From: Octopus sinensis
Taxonomy: Eukaryota
DNA length: 64,000 nucleotides
Assembly: GCF_006345805.1 (NCBI RefSeq)
Contig: NC_043001.1
Span: forward strand, 57,598,001-57,662,000
Reading direction: 5' to 3'
Part shown: positions 12,790 through 27,900 of the stretch, in pieces
How positions within the stretch are numbered: position 1 is the first letter of the stretch
Layout of the letters: every line of letters begins with the position of its first letter
Program-made: the position numbers and the translations under genes
Notes under the pieces: generated by a model
Seen by the model: only the letters and a program-made list of their open reading frames with translations
Told to the model about the DNA's origin: nothing
The model's database searches: none

Positions 12790-14709
12790 TTATCTCCATG
12801 TCGACTGAGAATATAAGGCAGCGCTGCTCCTTTGATCAGAAGGCTCTAGATTTTCAAATGCGGATTATCATTTTGTACACAGAGGTAAATTCTTTGCCCT
12901 GAATGTCAATAGATGCGAAGGGCGTGCCTTGAGACTAGTATGTGTTTATACACCAACTGCTGCAGAACAGCCAAATTTCTTGAGGATTTCCATGGAGTGT
13001 TCCTCTCCTTAAAGTGAGCGAGTGACTGGATGCATTCTTGGATTGACTGATAGGTGCTGCCTGGATTTTCTGTATCTGTTAATGCGGAAGTGCATGGGGC
13101 CCTTTACATCGTATCCTGTAGTCAAGTAAATAAAGGTAGTACAGGCTGTTCACATTTTAAAGTTGACCGCTGCCCAGACCTCAAATTTTCTGATCTGTTC
13201 GATTCACTTGCGTTGGATTTGTAGAAAGGAACACAATTAATTGTAACTGATCGTGTCACTCTGCGTACCGAGATTACAGAGACCAGATAGGTGATTTAAA
13301 TGGTGGGTTTTCCCTAAGAAAGGACAATTAGAGAGGAATAAATTTGTTTTAGTATGGTTATGGTGATAAAAAAAAGAATAAATGGGAATTAGAAATTTAG
13401 AAAAACACTTAGGAAATACATTGCAGCCGACGTGCGCCCGGTGAGATTGGCCCTGGTTGAATTCTTCAAAGTGATGCACGATGGCTCCAATGTCAAAGCT
13501 AAGGTCTATGCTCTAAGACACGAAGGAATGGAAGCCGTTTGATGTGGCTGAGTGTTAGAGGCACCAAAACTACATTTCACTGATTTTGGGTAGACTATGA
13601 AACATTCATGTCATACATTCTCTCACGGTTCAGAACAAATGGTGGACCAGAATGCAGGATTGCATTTCAGTGCACAGTTAGACGGCCTGTCACAACTCTC
13701 AGCAACAAATGCAGATGGTTACAGTAACAGAGATATGGGAAACTATCATTGACTTCATTGTCCATATCACCTGTTTTGGATGATTTACTTGTACATGCCT
13801 AATATATTTGCAAGTCTTGGTAGATATCTACAGCAAATAACAACAGAACGGGAGGATTCATATAGTTGTAAGTCGAGGCATAGAAATGATCCAATTAAGG
13901 AGCATGAAGATAATTCTAAATCCATAACACTGCTAATGACAGATTTTAAAAGTTTCAAGATGTGACAGCGAATAGGTTAGCGATTTTCATTGATGATATG
14001 CACATCTACAATATCCTCAGGAGATTTATCTACGATCATCTCTACCTCATACAATCCATTAGAGATTGAGTGGGAGAGGATCCTAGCATGGTTGGCAACC
14101 TTTTCAACTGGAGGCTAATAAAAAGAGGGGTCAAGCTAATGCGATTGACCCGGTCATAAAAACAAAACCAAAAAAATAGTGTAGTAGGTGTAAAACAACT
14201 TCCTCTAAACGAATTTGACAAAAAAAAATGCGCGCTCGCGAAATGGGGGCGGGATCTGACCTGGGCACAAAAAACAATAGTGTAATATGTGTAAAACAAC
14301 TTGCTCTAAACGAATTTGACAAAAAAATGCGCTCTCGCGAAAGTGGGTGGGGCAGAGGACTCGGAAAATTTACGTCGTGAATTTCCGAAAGCGTCTGACC
14401 CGGGCACGAAGAAAAAGTGTAAATAGTGGCTAAACCACATGGAAATATCAATGAAGTCCATAGCCAAACAACCTCTCCTTTTTGTTACAGAGATTTTAAA
14501 CACAAGGGTTACTGTTTGGAGGAGGTCTTATTTCTTTACCGTTCTGGATATCGCATTTTTCTTTTTTTTTTTCTGCTGACTTGTATTGCATAGTCTTTGA
14601 CTCAATTCGGCAGTGCCAAACCAAAAGTATAGAAACTATTATTTCACTTCAATGGTGTTGGTTAATGTATTGATATTAATAACTTCACCACACATACACA
14701 TTCAACTCC

Positions 14710-14740
<31 letters not shown>

Positions 14741-16080
14741 CGACAACAACAGATACTAAGATGGTGATATGGCCTTTTCTTTGATAATATCTTTCTTGCT
14801 TATTTAAATTCAGTTCAATGCACACTTGCCTTGAACCAATCATTTCTCTTTGTGTGTGTGTGTGTGTGTGTATGATCTTGATAATCGTTTAGAACAAGTA
14901 GTTTTACACCAAATTACACTATTCTTTTATTTTTTTCCGGGCGGATCAAACACTATAGTTTAAAGGCCATGGACTGAAAATGTGAATTTTCCAAAGTCCT
15001 CTCTCCCACCCCACTTTCGCTAGAGCGTATATTTTTTGTCATATTCGTTTAGAGCAAGTTGATTTACACATATTACACCATTTTGTTTTTGTTTTTGTGC
15101 CTGGGTTAGACCCTCAGACGATTTCGGAAATTCACGATGTGAATTTTCCGAGGCCTCTCCCCCACTCTCTTTCGCGAGCGCGCATTTTCGTTGTCATATT
15201 CGTTTACAGGAATTTGCTTTACACCTATTACACTATTTTTTTTTGTTTTTATGACCGGGTCAAACCCTTTAGTTGGGTTGCCGCAATGTAAAGCGTTATC
15301 TACACGGCATTTCGGGTAAATGGTCACGTATCGGAACCTCTCAGTATTACGCACCTGGTCCGTCACGATTGCTCCTGTTTTGTATGTACTGACTAAAGAA
15401 TCACTACTATGGAAACTAGAGACGCTAAGGGGTATCCTGTGTAAAATAGGACATGAGAGACTCATGTTGACATATCAAACGGTGTCACTGTCATAATGTT
15501 GGACTCTAGAAAAATACATTTCCTCTGTACTGTTTTATACTTATCGTAGGTTGTGATAAAAGCAAGGTAAGTCAGTGAGCCTGCACCTCGGCACTTCGTG
15601 AGGCGGGGTCATGCTGTTCAAAAAAATCATGGGATGATGAAAGGTCGGACCATTTACATTGCTCATATCTCGAAGTGGAGAGGAACTAAGACTAGGTGAG
15701 GAGCATTGTGCACAACTTCACTCAAAAATGGGCCGAAAAGCATGTAACTGAAATGTAGGGCAGATGTTAAGCATGAATACATCTTCTTAGTCATACACTC
15801 AGTCATATACTACCGCCTGCTCACCGTGGCTTGCCCTAGTTCGCCTTTAACAGGACTGTAGCATCTACTCATCTATATTCTGTGGAAGAGACGACAGCCA
15901 CTGCTCAGGTATCCCATTTGTGGTGGCCTGATTATGCCGGAGCTGAGAGTTCACCGAGGCTGCAATATTTCTAGTGCTTCGATGACGCGGATCAGGTCAG
16001 ATCACCTTTTGTCTTAGTAGCTTTTAAACAGTTCATGTTTTGGACTGAGCTGCAGTTCTGGATACAGTCTGTCCCACAGC
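12790..16080 (+). pseudogene. Heavily decayed L1-Tx1 ORF2 (APE to RT thumb), interrupted by a foldback element
   Basis: Collinear fragments RLVCVYTPT, FSAQLDGLSQLSA, QQNGRI...SITLL...NRLA; after the insertion RVNGHVSEPLSITH, VTVIM, SVSLHLGT. Confidence 0.65.
14145..15263. mobile_element. Foldback-type element with long modular inverted arms
   Basis: 23-bp perfect terminal match TTGACCCGGTCATAAAAACAAAA; arms of ~300-390 bp built from repeated subunits; non-coding spacer. Confidence 0.8.
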
Positions 16081-17689
16081 ATAGTCACGGGTGTAATGGC
16101 TTTGGATATAATTATTTTTTATTAACATTAATCTGGGGGTAAACAATAACAATAACTTATTTAAGCAAATTAATTTTTGGTGGTAAATACAATTGTTGCT
16201 TGATCATTGATAGAACAAGCTTGACAACGCAGGTCTGCAGTTGAGAATGTTAGTGTTATCGTTATCAATATGCTCTTAAGCTCTCAAAACGAGAGGCAGT
16301 GATTTGAGAGAAATTTAACAATTACTTCTAGACTATGAAGTACACGCTCAAATTTTAACTGACATGATTGTTTTTATTATCGCTATTCATAGAGGGACCT
16401 GTAGAATGTAAAAAACAAATGCTTGCAATATTGTGCTATGTAATTTTACATTCCAATGTAAAATTTTAACTAGTTCGACAATCATCCCTTTGAGAACCAT
16501 CAAGATAGAGTGCTAATGAAGTTAATTGAGTCAATATAATTTATACCCTAAAACACGGCTCACAATCCCCCCAAAAAAAGATAGAAAAAGAAAATGAAAA
16601 TAAAAATTCTAAGTCATAAAAAGTAGTGAAAGAGCACTGAATATATCGCTGCAGCACATCAAAAATTTTAAGCCAAAAGTTACTGTGAAATATTGTGAAA
16701 GAATCCACTATATATTACTGATCCACGGTTATCTTTCTTCACTGCAGCAGTCTGGCCGATTCGTCGCAATTTCATATAGTTAAGAGTCTATTAACTGCAG
16801 AGATCATTAACAAAGTAACTAATTAAATGATAATTTTGATTGGCTTTGCCCTTTTGAACTTGCTTTTCCATTATATTACCAAAGAAATCATAAATAAACA
16901 AGGAAGTCAAAAATTTAAATGTGAGAAAAAAGAAAATATTTAAATTTTTCATTTTACTCTAGGACATCTTGTTTATTATGTCTTCTTTTAATTTTTTATT
17001 CGCATGTGCATAGATGTGTACTTCTCTTTCACACCTCCTGTCTCTCTCCCGTTCTATTATTTGAATTCTTTTTTCGATCTCTTTCTTCCTCACTCTCTTT
17101 CATTCATCTTCTTCCAGTCTATCTGTTTTTCAATCTCTCTCTGTTTTAACTATTCATGTGCGTGTTTGTGATTCATCTAACAAAACTACAGCTTCGACTT
17201 TTGCAATAAAGTACTCAACTCTTCTCGTTGAATGTTTAAATTAACTAAATTTTTAATGACAACCTAGAAATGGAAAGTTAACTTGCCTGAGTCAAAGATC
17301 ATGCAATTTGGAACTTGCTTTTTGTGTGCCAGCCGTATATGATGTGTATGGGGGCGTGTGCTTACGTGTATATGTGTTCGCTAATGTTTCTCTTTACTTG
17401 TGAGGTTATCGAATTTTTTCTCTGTGAGACATTGAAATACATAACAGAATAAAATTAAAACTAAATAAAAGATAACTTAGTCGTGCGTTCAGTAAAAAGG
17501 TAGATACAGAGCGTACGAACTTGTAAAATCAATGAAAAAATATCAAATAAATTTCACTGAGTAGAAATGATTTTTAAAAAAGTGTGTTTTATGTATGAAA
17601 TGTTACTGTGTATTGGTAGTATATATACACATATATGCGTGAGTGTGCGTGTGTGCACATGTGTGTTATGTGTTTGTGCAATATATACG

Positions 17690-17708
17690 TAAATGTGTAT
17701 ATAAATTT

Positions 17709-17744
<36 letters not shown>

Positions 17745-17801
17745 ACATAGATATGTATATGCATTTATGTGTTTGTATCTATCTAGCTAACTATCTATCT
17801 G

Positions 17802-17846
<45 letters not shown>

Positions 17847-17890
17847 TTATCTATCTATCTAGCTAGCTAGCTAGCTAGCTATCTATCTAC
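17690..17890. repeat. (TA)n, (CTAT)n and (TAGC)n microsatellites
   Basis: Direct reading. Confidence 0.95.
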
Positions 17891-18224
17891 ACTTGCTCAA
17901 ACATAAACGCAACAGACATAAACGTATGAGTCTGAGCGGATGCATATGAATACTTATTTGTTCAAATACTTTGAACGACACTTCAAACATGCTTATGTAT
18001 GCATATTTATATCTTTCATTGTACAACAAATGTTAGTATCTGCACAATCTATGCTGTTTCACATGCAAATATGGATATCTACAAATACACATCATTCTGA
18101 AACCAACGTGTATGCGTATGTGTAAGCGAGGGCGCATATGTCTGTACATATTGAACTTTTACCATCTCTATTTTCTTTGATCAATTTACTTGTAAGTTAG
18201 TATTTATTAATTTTATGATAGACT

Positions 18225-18459
18225 ATCATCAAAATTCTCATCATCATCATCGTCGTTGTCATCATCATCATCATCAACGCCGCCGCCGTCACCACTCACC
18301 ACCATCACCATCATCATCATCATGCTTCTGCTTCTTTTCCTCCTCTTTCTCTTTCTACTCCCCGTTGTTGTTGTTGTTATTATTATTATTATTGTTATTG
18401 TTGTTGCTATTCTTCTTCTTCTTCTTCTTCTTATTATTATTATTATTACTATTACTATT

Positions 18460-18516
<57 letters not shown>

Positions 18517-18658
18517 GTTGTGTTGCTGGTATTGGATGTGCTCTTTTTTTGTGTTGTTATTCTTCGTTTCTGCCATTTATTCCTTTTTGTTGTAGTCTTT
18601 ATTTTGCTTCTGCAGCTTATGTTTTTCATTATTATTACTATTATTATTATTATTATTG

Positions 18659-18732
<74 letters not shown>

Positions 18733-18760
18733 TATTATTATTATTATTATTATTATCACT
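18225..18760. repeat. Compound trinucleotide microsatellite (CAT, TTG, TTC, TTA)
   Basis: Direct reading; source of the homopolymeric ORFs in the track. Confidence 0.95.
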
Positions 18761-20727
18761 ATTTATGGTTCTTATGATATTTTTTGCTTTCGCCTTTTTG
18801 TTGTAGTATTTCATTTTTGCTTATTTTATTTTATGCTATGCTACTTTTTTCCCCTTCTTCTAAGCAGCTCTTTGCCCATTTTCATCGAAAGGCACCATCA
18901 TTATTAAATTGAAACACCCTATTTCTAGTAGTTTCCATTAGTCTCCACACATTGTTGCTTTTCATTAGCAACACAGAATCCCCCTTTAGCTTATCGAAGG
19001 ATAGCTGCTAATTGCAATCAAAGCTATCTATTCCACTAATTACTATTGATCAACTAAAAGAAGCGTAAGTCGGGGATGTGATGATGGAAACTTTCAAGAA
19101 TGATAGGAAAAATCAAAGATTGACAATTTTCGCTGTTAATGGCAATCAGATATTTTTGTTTGTTTTTATTGTTTGTGTATGTAATTGTTTATATTATTTA
19201 TAGTTTTTCTTGTTGATATTTTTGATATCAGAAAGATAGTGATGCTGATGTCGGTGTTATTTGATGAGGTTTGCATATCATGTTTTTTGTATGGATGCTG
19301 ATGCTGGTGGAGTTAATTTTGCTTGTGGTTACTGTTGATTATGATAGGGGTTATGTTTTTCATACAAGTTCTCTTTCTAAGATACTAGTTACAAAAGTAA
19401 CACACTCAGCATGTTTTCCTTCGCATGTATATTCTTGATGTTGTGTTTCATTTTGAGTTTTCTCTTGAACGTTTTGTATACTTCCACTTTCCCGGCACGT
19501 TGTATTTTTTTACGTATAATTTTTTCAAAGCCTGATGCAATGTGCTGTGGTCGTTGACGAAAGACGAATCTGGCAATGACGGTAGCAGTTGAATCGTTGT
19601 AACAACTGTGGTAATAGCGATTTTATTGTCGTCATTATTGGTGACGATGGTGGCACAAGAAATTCATAAAAGTCTATGACAATACAGCCATATGCACTTT
19701 ACAAAGAACAGTTCTATTATACATACATATCGTACTAAATACTCACGTTATACACCCATGTTTCATTGCTCACTCTCTCTCTCTTTCTCTCTATCTGTGT
19801 GTGTGTCTCCTTCCCACTCTCTCGCATACATACGTATGTGCGTACGTATGTATGTGTGTTCGGAAGTGTGTGTGTCTGCGTATGTGTGAATGTGTAAAAT
19901 ACTAACAGATATGATGGGATGGTTGAAATCTTCATTTGTCTCGACGGATAATTTTTATCAAAGGAATCTTTATTCTTTTAATGGAAGTCACTTGAAAATA
20001 TTAGGGTTGAGTATAGAAAAACTAAAAGAACAACATCAAAACGGCATCGACGAAAATCACAAAAGAACTATAAAAAAGGTAATGATAATAGATATAGCTG
20101 CCAAAAAATATTAAATATTAAGCGCAATCTTAATGTGTTTATTTAATTAAGCCGTCGATAAAAATCAAAGTACGAGGAGAAGAAGAAAAATGTAAAATTT
20201 TAATTGATATTAAGTTGATATTATTTCATAAATGTGAAATTGCTACATATTAACCTATTTACAAACCATTATCAACCATTTACATCACATAGAATGCTCA
20301 CCTGTAATGAAGTTCACTTTCATTTATGTTCGGTTATTATATGATATTTAAACTACAAAGTGCTTAACACCTGAAAGTATATCATTTACTTCATTATAAA
20401 CAAATCCAAGTAGAACTTTAAAAAGAAAAACTTTTCTCGCAAAATAAAATGTTTATTAGAGATGATTTTTAATGTAATCTATAAATTTCGTACGAGGGTC
20501 ATGTTTTGTTAAAAAATTGTTAAATTAGCAGATGAATTTGTTTTCTTTTGTCTATAATTACCCCGATTTTAAACTCTGTTTTCATGAGAATTTTAATAAT
20601 GCTATAAGGTTTAACTTCATATATTCTAAATATTCATCGCATCATATAGTTCATATCGAAATCTATTCTCAGCTGAAGGTTATTTTTGTGGGTGATACAT
20701 TTGCTGTACCAATAGATTGAAAATCGT

Positions 20728-20862
20728 GAAGTGGCGTTGTTTAGTGGTTTGAATATTCGGCTCACGATCGTAAGATCATGAGTACGGTTACTAGTGGCAT
20801 GTTTCCTGGAGCAAGACGCTTGGTTTCACGTTGCTCCAATCTACTCAGCTGGCAAGAATAAG
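20728..20862 (+). mobile_element. Decayed tRNA-derived SINE head
   Basis: TTAGTGGTT...TATTCGGCTCACGATCGTAAG...GAGCAAGAC...TTTCACGTTGCTCC. Confidence 0.6.
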
Positions 20863-23800
20863 TGTTAGTTTCCAGACCATCATAATGTTAAACAGTTGTT
20901 TAACAGGAATCCACTTAGTTGTAATAAATCGGGTAAAATATCTAGTCGTATGTTAGCTCAATGAACTGATATTTACCTTCTGGTGAATTATCACATGTTT
21001 CATAGTCTTTTCTCACATTCCATCCAGCATAGAGACCCTACTATAAGGAATACTCTTCCTCTGACGAAATTACACATACCAAATCAAATTTATTTTTTTG
21101 TACTTAATTTAAAGCTCCAAATATTAAGAAAATAATTGTGAAGGTGAAAACGAATCAGAATTTGAGAAAAGTAGTGAAAAGCCAGTTATCTATCTATGTA
21201 TCGCTTGTCTCGTCTTCATTGATAGTAATATGGCTATTATTTGCAGAATCGCCAAGGCGTCAAAAGATTCTTATTAATTTTTGCGCTATATTCATGCCCC
21301 ACCGCTTCCAATCCATATATCCTTTCAACCATTTGTGATCGATGAATTGAAGACTCAATCAGGCCACGTCATCTACTGATCTTTTTCTTTAAACATTGGA
21401 TGACTTGTACCTAATTTGCAAACAATTATCAATCATATAATTGTAGTGAATAGCAAAATCCTTGCTGTATAGGCAAAATATCCTCAAACATTTCTTTCGG
21501 TTCTTTATGAGTTCAAATCCCAGCATGTTCAATTTGTCTTTCATGCTTCCGCAGCCGATAAAATACATTAACAGACATGTACAGGAGTTGATATAATCTA
21601 GTAATCTCTCCTTATATCTTTTGGAACTTGCACCCATGTTCGAAATTATTACTACTAAATGAATTAGAATAGTTCGTGGAACAATCGTTAGACCATCTAC
21701 CAAAATATCATGCAGCATCTGTTCTATTTATTCCTTTAACATCTGCGTCCAACTATATATTCTCTTTTATCTTATCTGGCCCGAGATAATAAGCACAAGT
21801 TAAGTACTGACATGATATGTTCGGCTATGCACCTAGAACCACCAAAATTAAGAACTTGTATCTATGTTAAAAATCATGAATATTATTGTTTCTCTTATAG
21901 TTCTTGCTACTGGTTTTGATATTACTGATGTTCTTGTTATTGCTCTTGTTGATAATGTTATTTTGGTAACTATTGACACCGTTAGCCGTATAGTTGTTAA
22001 CGAAGTAGAAGAAATGTTTCCAAACTAGAGAAGAAAATGCTACTCTGAATAAACACGCAGTCCTTAGAGTTAACTTTTTAAATAACCATTACTTACCATT
22101 GTAATATATGTCAACTGCCACCAGTGATTTATAATACTAGGCATGCATAGTACGGTGATGGATTCCGCTGTCGTGTAATATCTTTCAACTTAGCGTGAAA
22201 GTAAAGTTGTTCTCCTCACTTTATGGATGAATGAAAATGCCTTCCAAAGTAGTCAAATGAAGCAACCCTAATTAATCAAATACTAAATAAGATTATTGTC
22301 TCCATAAAAGCTGAAAATCAGAAGCTCGCCATGCTTTTTTAGTCAAGAATATATAATTCTGGTAAGGTTCATGTTTTCATATATACATGTGTAATTTTGA
22401 TTTAAAATGTCTCGCGGGCACATTATATGATGAATCATTTACATATTGGAGACAGTACACTGTGATTCAAGAAGAACTGTTCTGCTACTATCCAGTAGCG
22501 TCAGTTAGACTTTAATAAGTTGCTGCTTTAATCAAGCAAACAACGATTAGATACATACCAGCCAAAACCAAAATCATATTCAGTAATTTTCGAAAGAAAA
22601 TATTTACATCCATTACAGTTATAAGGTCCATAACGTATCGTAGGTTTAGAATTGCCAACAACCACAATTAGATATGATGTAAGTTATTTTGGGAATGTTA
22701 GTTCTGATATTGATCCCCTTCACTAAATAGGCATTTGAATTTAGTACAAGAGGATGAAATGCCAGTCAGGATTTCTGTGCTGCGGTGTTTACAACACAGT
22801 GTTAGTTGATTTTGTTGGTACATATTTAGGGAAATGATGTCACGTAGACTTGTCATAGTGAATGCCACAGCTCGGTTAGTAACGAGGAAATTCTCGCATC
22901 TATAAAAGAAAAAAAAACATTAGCGACGGAAGCAGTATTAATACGCAATGTCAAATTTTACATCTTATTTCCCGCTGATGAATTGTTAGAACAACTTATT
23001 TCTGTGGTATTTGCCTTGGAAGATCCTTCATACAATGATAAAAGTGCATAAATATAGTTAGTAGTGAGAGAAGTCTGGCACGAGTGGCCGAACTTCGAGG
23101 TCACAGGATTTCAGCGTAAATGCGTTTTTATCAGTAACTGGCGCCCGCTTATCTCATGCCAGCCAAATTCCACCGGCATCAATATATTACAAAAAAAAAG
23201 AATAGTAAGTATATAGTCACTGTGATTACAAATAGCCGGCATGTGAGCGGGTGCCTACTACTGATGAAGCGCATGTAAGTTGAAATCATGTGACGGTATT
23301 GTTCCGCCATCCGTGCCAGACGATTCTCGTCCGCTATCGATATGAATGTGCTTTTATCATTGTACGTTATGTTATATGCGTAATCATGATATAAAGAATG
23401 CCATTAAATCTATCATCTATTATCCAAAATACAATTGAATCGACAGGAAATTAGTGAATATGAGCGACGGTGGGAATTTATACAATGGACGGTATGTAGA
23501 AGATCGATAAATCACGAGGCATTTGGCTTCCAATGGAGGTTACAGAAACACAATGCCGCTATTGGCTTGGATGTAAGATACAGGTCAAAGAAGCCCTCAT
23601 TTTTCTTCAGTGAAGAGCCTTTGTACGCTTCTGGGAAATTAATCTTATTCATATCTAAGAACTGTTCAGTCAAAGTGTAGAGCAATAGAATAAAATTAGT
23701 AATTATATGAACGTGTTATAGTTTATCTAAGGCAAAGCCAGTAAAATAAGGAAGATTATATCCCATGTATTCCGTGCCATAAGATGACTATGTTAAATAG

Positions 23801-24221
23801 ATTGCATGGTGGAAATAAAAAACAGCAGAAGTGAAAAAAAGAGATAAGAAATAGAATCTAGAAGGTACGGTTATTCTGTCCTCATGTATATTGACGAAAC
23901 CTTCAAAAAATAATACCCTATGGTCGAGAAGGTGGGAAATATTGGATAATGTAAGCCCGGAAAATTTATAACTGTGAAAATAAATGGCCGTTATAACTGT
24001 GCCACTTGAAAAACATTGAAGTAGGTCTTGATAACACCTTAACCAGCTAAATATTCACTATATTCTACGAGTTATAGAAGAACAAATAATCTGTAATCTG
24101 GAACGTGAAGATGCAGCAAGGAAATGCTGTACTTCCTCATATGCAAACACACATGCTTACAAAGAAACACACATAAACAAGCACACACACACACACTCAC
24201 AAACACAAACACACACAAACA

Positions 24222-24265
<44 letters not shown>

Positions 24266-24904
24266 AGCACAAACACACATATATATGTTACTGTTTGAAC
24301 TGAAAGAATTACTAATGTTCAGTGCACGTATATAGACTAAAATTAAGTAAACTAATAATAGGTCATGTGTTAGCTGAGGTGTTAAAATATTTAAATGTTC
24401 TTATCTAAACGTGAAATAATTATTTTGTTGAAACAGTTAATTTATTTCACTTGCAAAGAATTATCTTTCACAAGTATATCTATTTTACTTAACCAGGGAG
24501 ATCTGCGTCTGAATAAATCCCCAAAGAGTTCTTAAGGAGTGGATAGTAACTTAAGTAAAACAATTACTTGCGAAACGTGTTGATAATAGTAAAAATAGAT
24601 TAATAATGAAATTAATGATTTCCAGCTTTGGGATTTTGGGGAGAAATTACAATCAATTATTCAACATAGGTTAGTGACTCTTACTTATAATATCGGGCTC
24701 ACAACGTTGTAAGGCGAATTTGAAGACGTTATACAAATGAACAAAACTAAATAATGCAAGATAAATATTTTCGGCTCTCTACCGATTCTGCCATCACTTA
24801 TACAATGAATCTTTTTTTCAGTAGCATACAAAAACAGCGATTGTGTAGTTATAACAATAATTGTTCCTAAAATAAACACAATGTTTGGCATTTACAATGA
24901 ATTG

Positions 24905-26010
24905 ATGAGGGGTGTGCATTAATGATTTCCTATCTCTCCATTCATTTGTCTTTTCGGCTGCTGAAGTGGACTAAGGTGTTATAATAGAGGCAGTTTAATG
25001 CAGATCGGGGATCAGCTCCTTATACTTGAAAGGTCGTACAGAAAAAAATGACTTTCGATAAGATAACAGAAATTTATGATGACGATACGCTATCTTACTA
25101 CGTAGTCAAGCACTGGCAACGATATTTCAAATGCGGTCGGACGTCGGTGGAAACTGCTTCTGTTCCTAGACGTCCACTTTCCGCCATTGATGATGACATC
25201 ATCCATAAAGTGGAAGCTGCCATTTTGGAGGATTGCCGCATAACTATTCAGCAACTAGCCCTCGAATGGAAGATAAGTGTTGGATCCTTGTGGAAAACAT
25301 CATTCACAATCAATTGCACATGCGGAAGTAGTCTGCACGTTGGATTACCCGATGGCTCGCACCTTTTCAGAAGCAGGAACGAGTCAATTGCTCCAAGGCT
25401 CTTTTGGCAACGTGCCAAAAAATTGAGGAGGCCATTTCCAGCAGACTTATCACAAACGATGAAACATGAGTTCATCACTATGATCCTGAGATTGAAGTCC
25501 AATTGAAGCAATGGAAACATGATAATTCACCACTTCCAAAGAAGGCTCGTGTCAAACCCTCAGCAGCAAGGTGATGCTGACAGTCTTTTGGGACCACCGT
25601 AGAGTAGTGATTATGTATTTTGAAGTAAAGGGCACCACAATTAACTCGACATATTATGCTTCCCTGCTGCAGAAATTGCGGGATGCCATCAAAGTAGAAA
25701 AGCGTGGTATACTGACCAAAGTAGTCCACCTCCTCCAATTGAAAGCACACATCTGCGGTTATGTAGTCCTTCTTCATCCCCCTTACTCTCCCGACATCAC
25801 ACCATCTGAATTCCACCTTTTTCCAAACATGAAGTCTTTTTTGAAGAGAAAGCATGATGATGAATTTATTCCCCAGGTTAAGTCTTGACTCCAGGCGGAA
25901 CCTGCTGACTTCTACAGACGAGGTCTTCACAGCTGTATAAAGTGATGGGAGAATTTTATCATCATTGGTGGTGACTATATCGATTCTTCATTCGTTCAAT
26001 GGTATGAACT
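24905..26010 (+). pseudogene. mariner transposase pseudogene
   Basis: HTH region VVKHWQRYFKCGRTSVE, MLTVFWD, TINSTYYASLL, HPPYSPDITPSEFHLF; several frameshifts and deletions. Confidence 0.9.
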
Positions 26011-26399
26011 TTATGAACCATGAAATGAGGATGGACATAGTTCATCTCGGTGTCACTTGAAATTAGAACTTAAAATCCTGAACACCGACCTGATGATGAT
26101 GACGATGACGATGATGATGATGATGAGGAGGAGGAGGAGGAGGATGAGGATGATGATGATGGGAAGAAGAAGGAGGAAGAAAATGGTATTTTTTTTTTTG
26201 ATGTATCAACCACTAAGAGTTTACAAAACTAATCCAGGACATTTCAGGACGATACAATACAGAGAAATAATACCGCGGCAAAAAATCAAAACAAGAAATT
26301 ATTATCTATCATTGAGCAGACTTCTGAGGGTTGCTCGTTGAAATCCCCCAAAACTTTGACCATTCTGATGTTCGTGTTCAGAGTAGACGCTTTTACCCG

Positions 26400-27900
26400 G
26401 AAAATTCTTACCATTCTTATTCCCTTCTCAAAAAATTTACTGGAAGGTAGCACTTCATATTTATTTTCAAATGAAATTTGAAACAGTTCATGAGCCCCAG
26501 TTAAAGAGAAAAATATCAGTCTTCAGCCCACACCAATCCCTTTCACCACACAGAAAAACAATGTCCATCCTTCCCGGGCAAAGCAATTTAACGGGATGAT
26601 CTTCACATTGGACACAGCTGATAAGCAGATCACTCCGAAGATGGACATCACTTGTTCGACATAACTTAACAAATCTCCAACTTTCGGACAGTGGCAAGCT
26701 AGAGATTTCTGAAAATTTCCTCTGGGCCGTGACTTAAAAGTATTTCGGGATTGACCAGCCAGTTTATTCGCATCGATGCACAGCAAACATCATCACACCT
26801 GCTGGTCCTTAACTCTCTATTGACGGGCAATTTAGAAATTCCAACTATCATATTGCCCGACATTGAGAGAGATGAGAAACGAGTGAATGTCTATTACAGA
26901 GACAAGTTGAGGGAAAGCAAGACTGAAACACTTTGGTTCCGTTTCTTACCATTAATGAAACATTGAATTGTCACTGCCTCAACAATATGTCTGCACATCA
27001 TTTTATCACTCCTCCTATCAGCGAAACATGTACCGTAAAACGAGTGGAAAACGTACCCTCAACAAAACGCCTGGAGACTCACTGACTTACTTGGTTGTGT
27101 TTTGCTCTATTCACTGTGTTCGATATAATGAGAGTGAAGTTGTCCATTTATACGGAGGCTGCTCTTCCACATATTAGTTCGTGTAGGATACCCATAAATG
27201 CCTCTATTTTCTGTAGAATTGACTACACAAAAGAGACGAGAGAAGACAACCTTGAAAGACAGAGTACATGCTTCTGTGTAGTTCTAATAGGTGACTATTG
27301 ACCTTAACCAGCGAGTAGATGTTGCTGTCAGAGTAGCAATCTATCTGCGGCAGATATGGCCGTATACTATCTAATGACTCTCTCTAGACCCGATCTGGGT
27401 GACGCGATGCTGTTTGGTTGCATTACTGCATTGACGCACTGGAGAAAATAATTCGTAATATGTCAGAGAGTTGCAAAAATGTAAGCAGTTTTGCGAGGCC
27501 TGTGCTCTATCCTCTTCTAGCAGCTAGAACCTGTGTGTATCCAAAACGTTTTTCCAATCATCCATTTGTACCAAATTGTGAGAAGATACAAGGATGGTTT
27601 CCAGATGCTTGAAATTAGTATGGGCACTCCACACCTTCCAGGATTTATACGGCTATTCATCTGAAAGCATGGTTTATACGACTTCATGAATCTCTCACCA
27701 TTATCTTATTTTCTGTGTCCAGAAAAATGGATTCTATCCCAAGAATCAACCAAAGATGGTGACAAGTGCTTACGTCTTGGAAATAGTGGTTTAGCTTATT
27801 GCCACCACATCAACATCTATTGAAAGCAAGTGAACTTACTTCCAAGATGATCCTGTCCAGGCCATGTGTATTCACACTGACTATTCTATTCGATAAGAAG
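26400..27900 (-). pseudogene. Decayed L1-Tx1 remnant
   Basis: CPKVGDLLSYVEQVMSIFGVICLSAVSNVKIIP aligns with the Tx1 C-terminal segment at 1221-1409; upstream part only weakly recognisable. Confidence 0.5.

Noticed and set aside
18213-18907. Long poly-I/L/N/Y ORFs here and at 28712-29360, 37100-38080 and 45601-46195
   Set aside because: Translations of microsatellites; no coding signal
21389-21718. 109-aa ORF with C..C...YFIG resembling GIY-YIG
   Set aside because: Too weak; downstream Arg/His motif not recognisable
23255-23300. CTGATGA...GAAA motif
   Set aside because: No valid NUH triplet or stem I, single copy; compatible with chance
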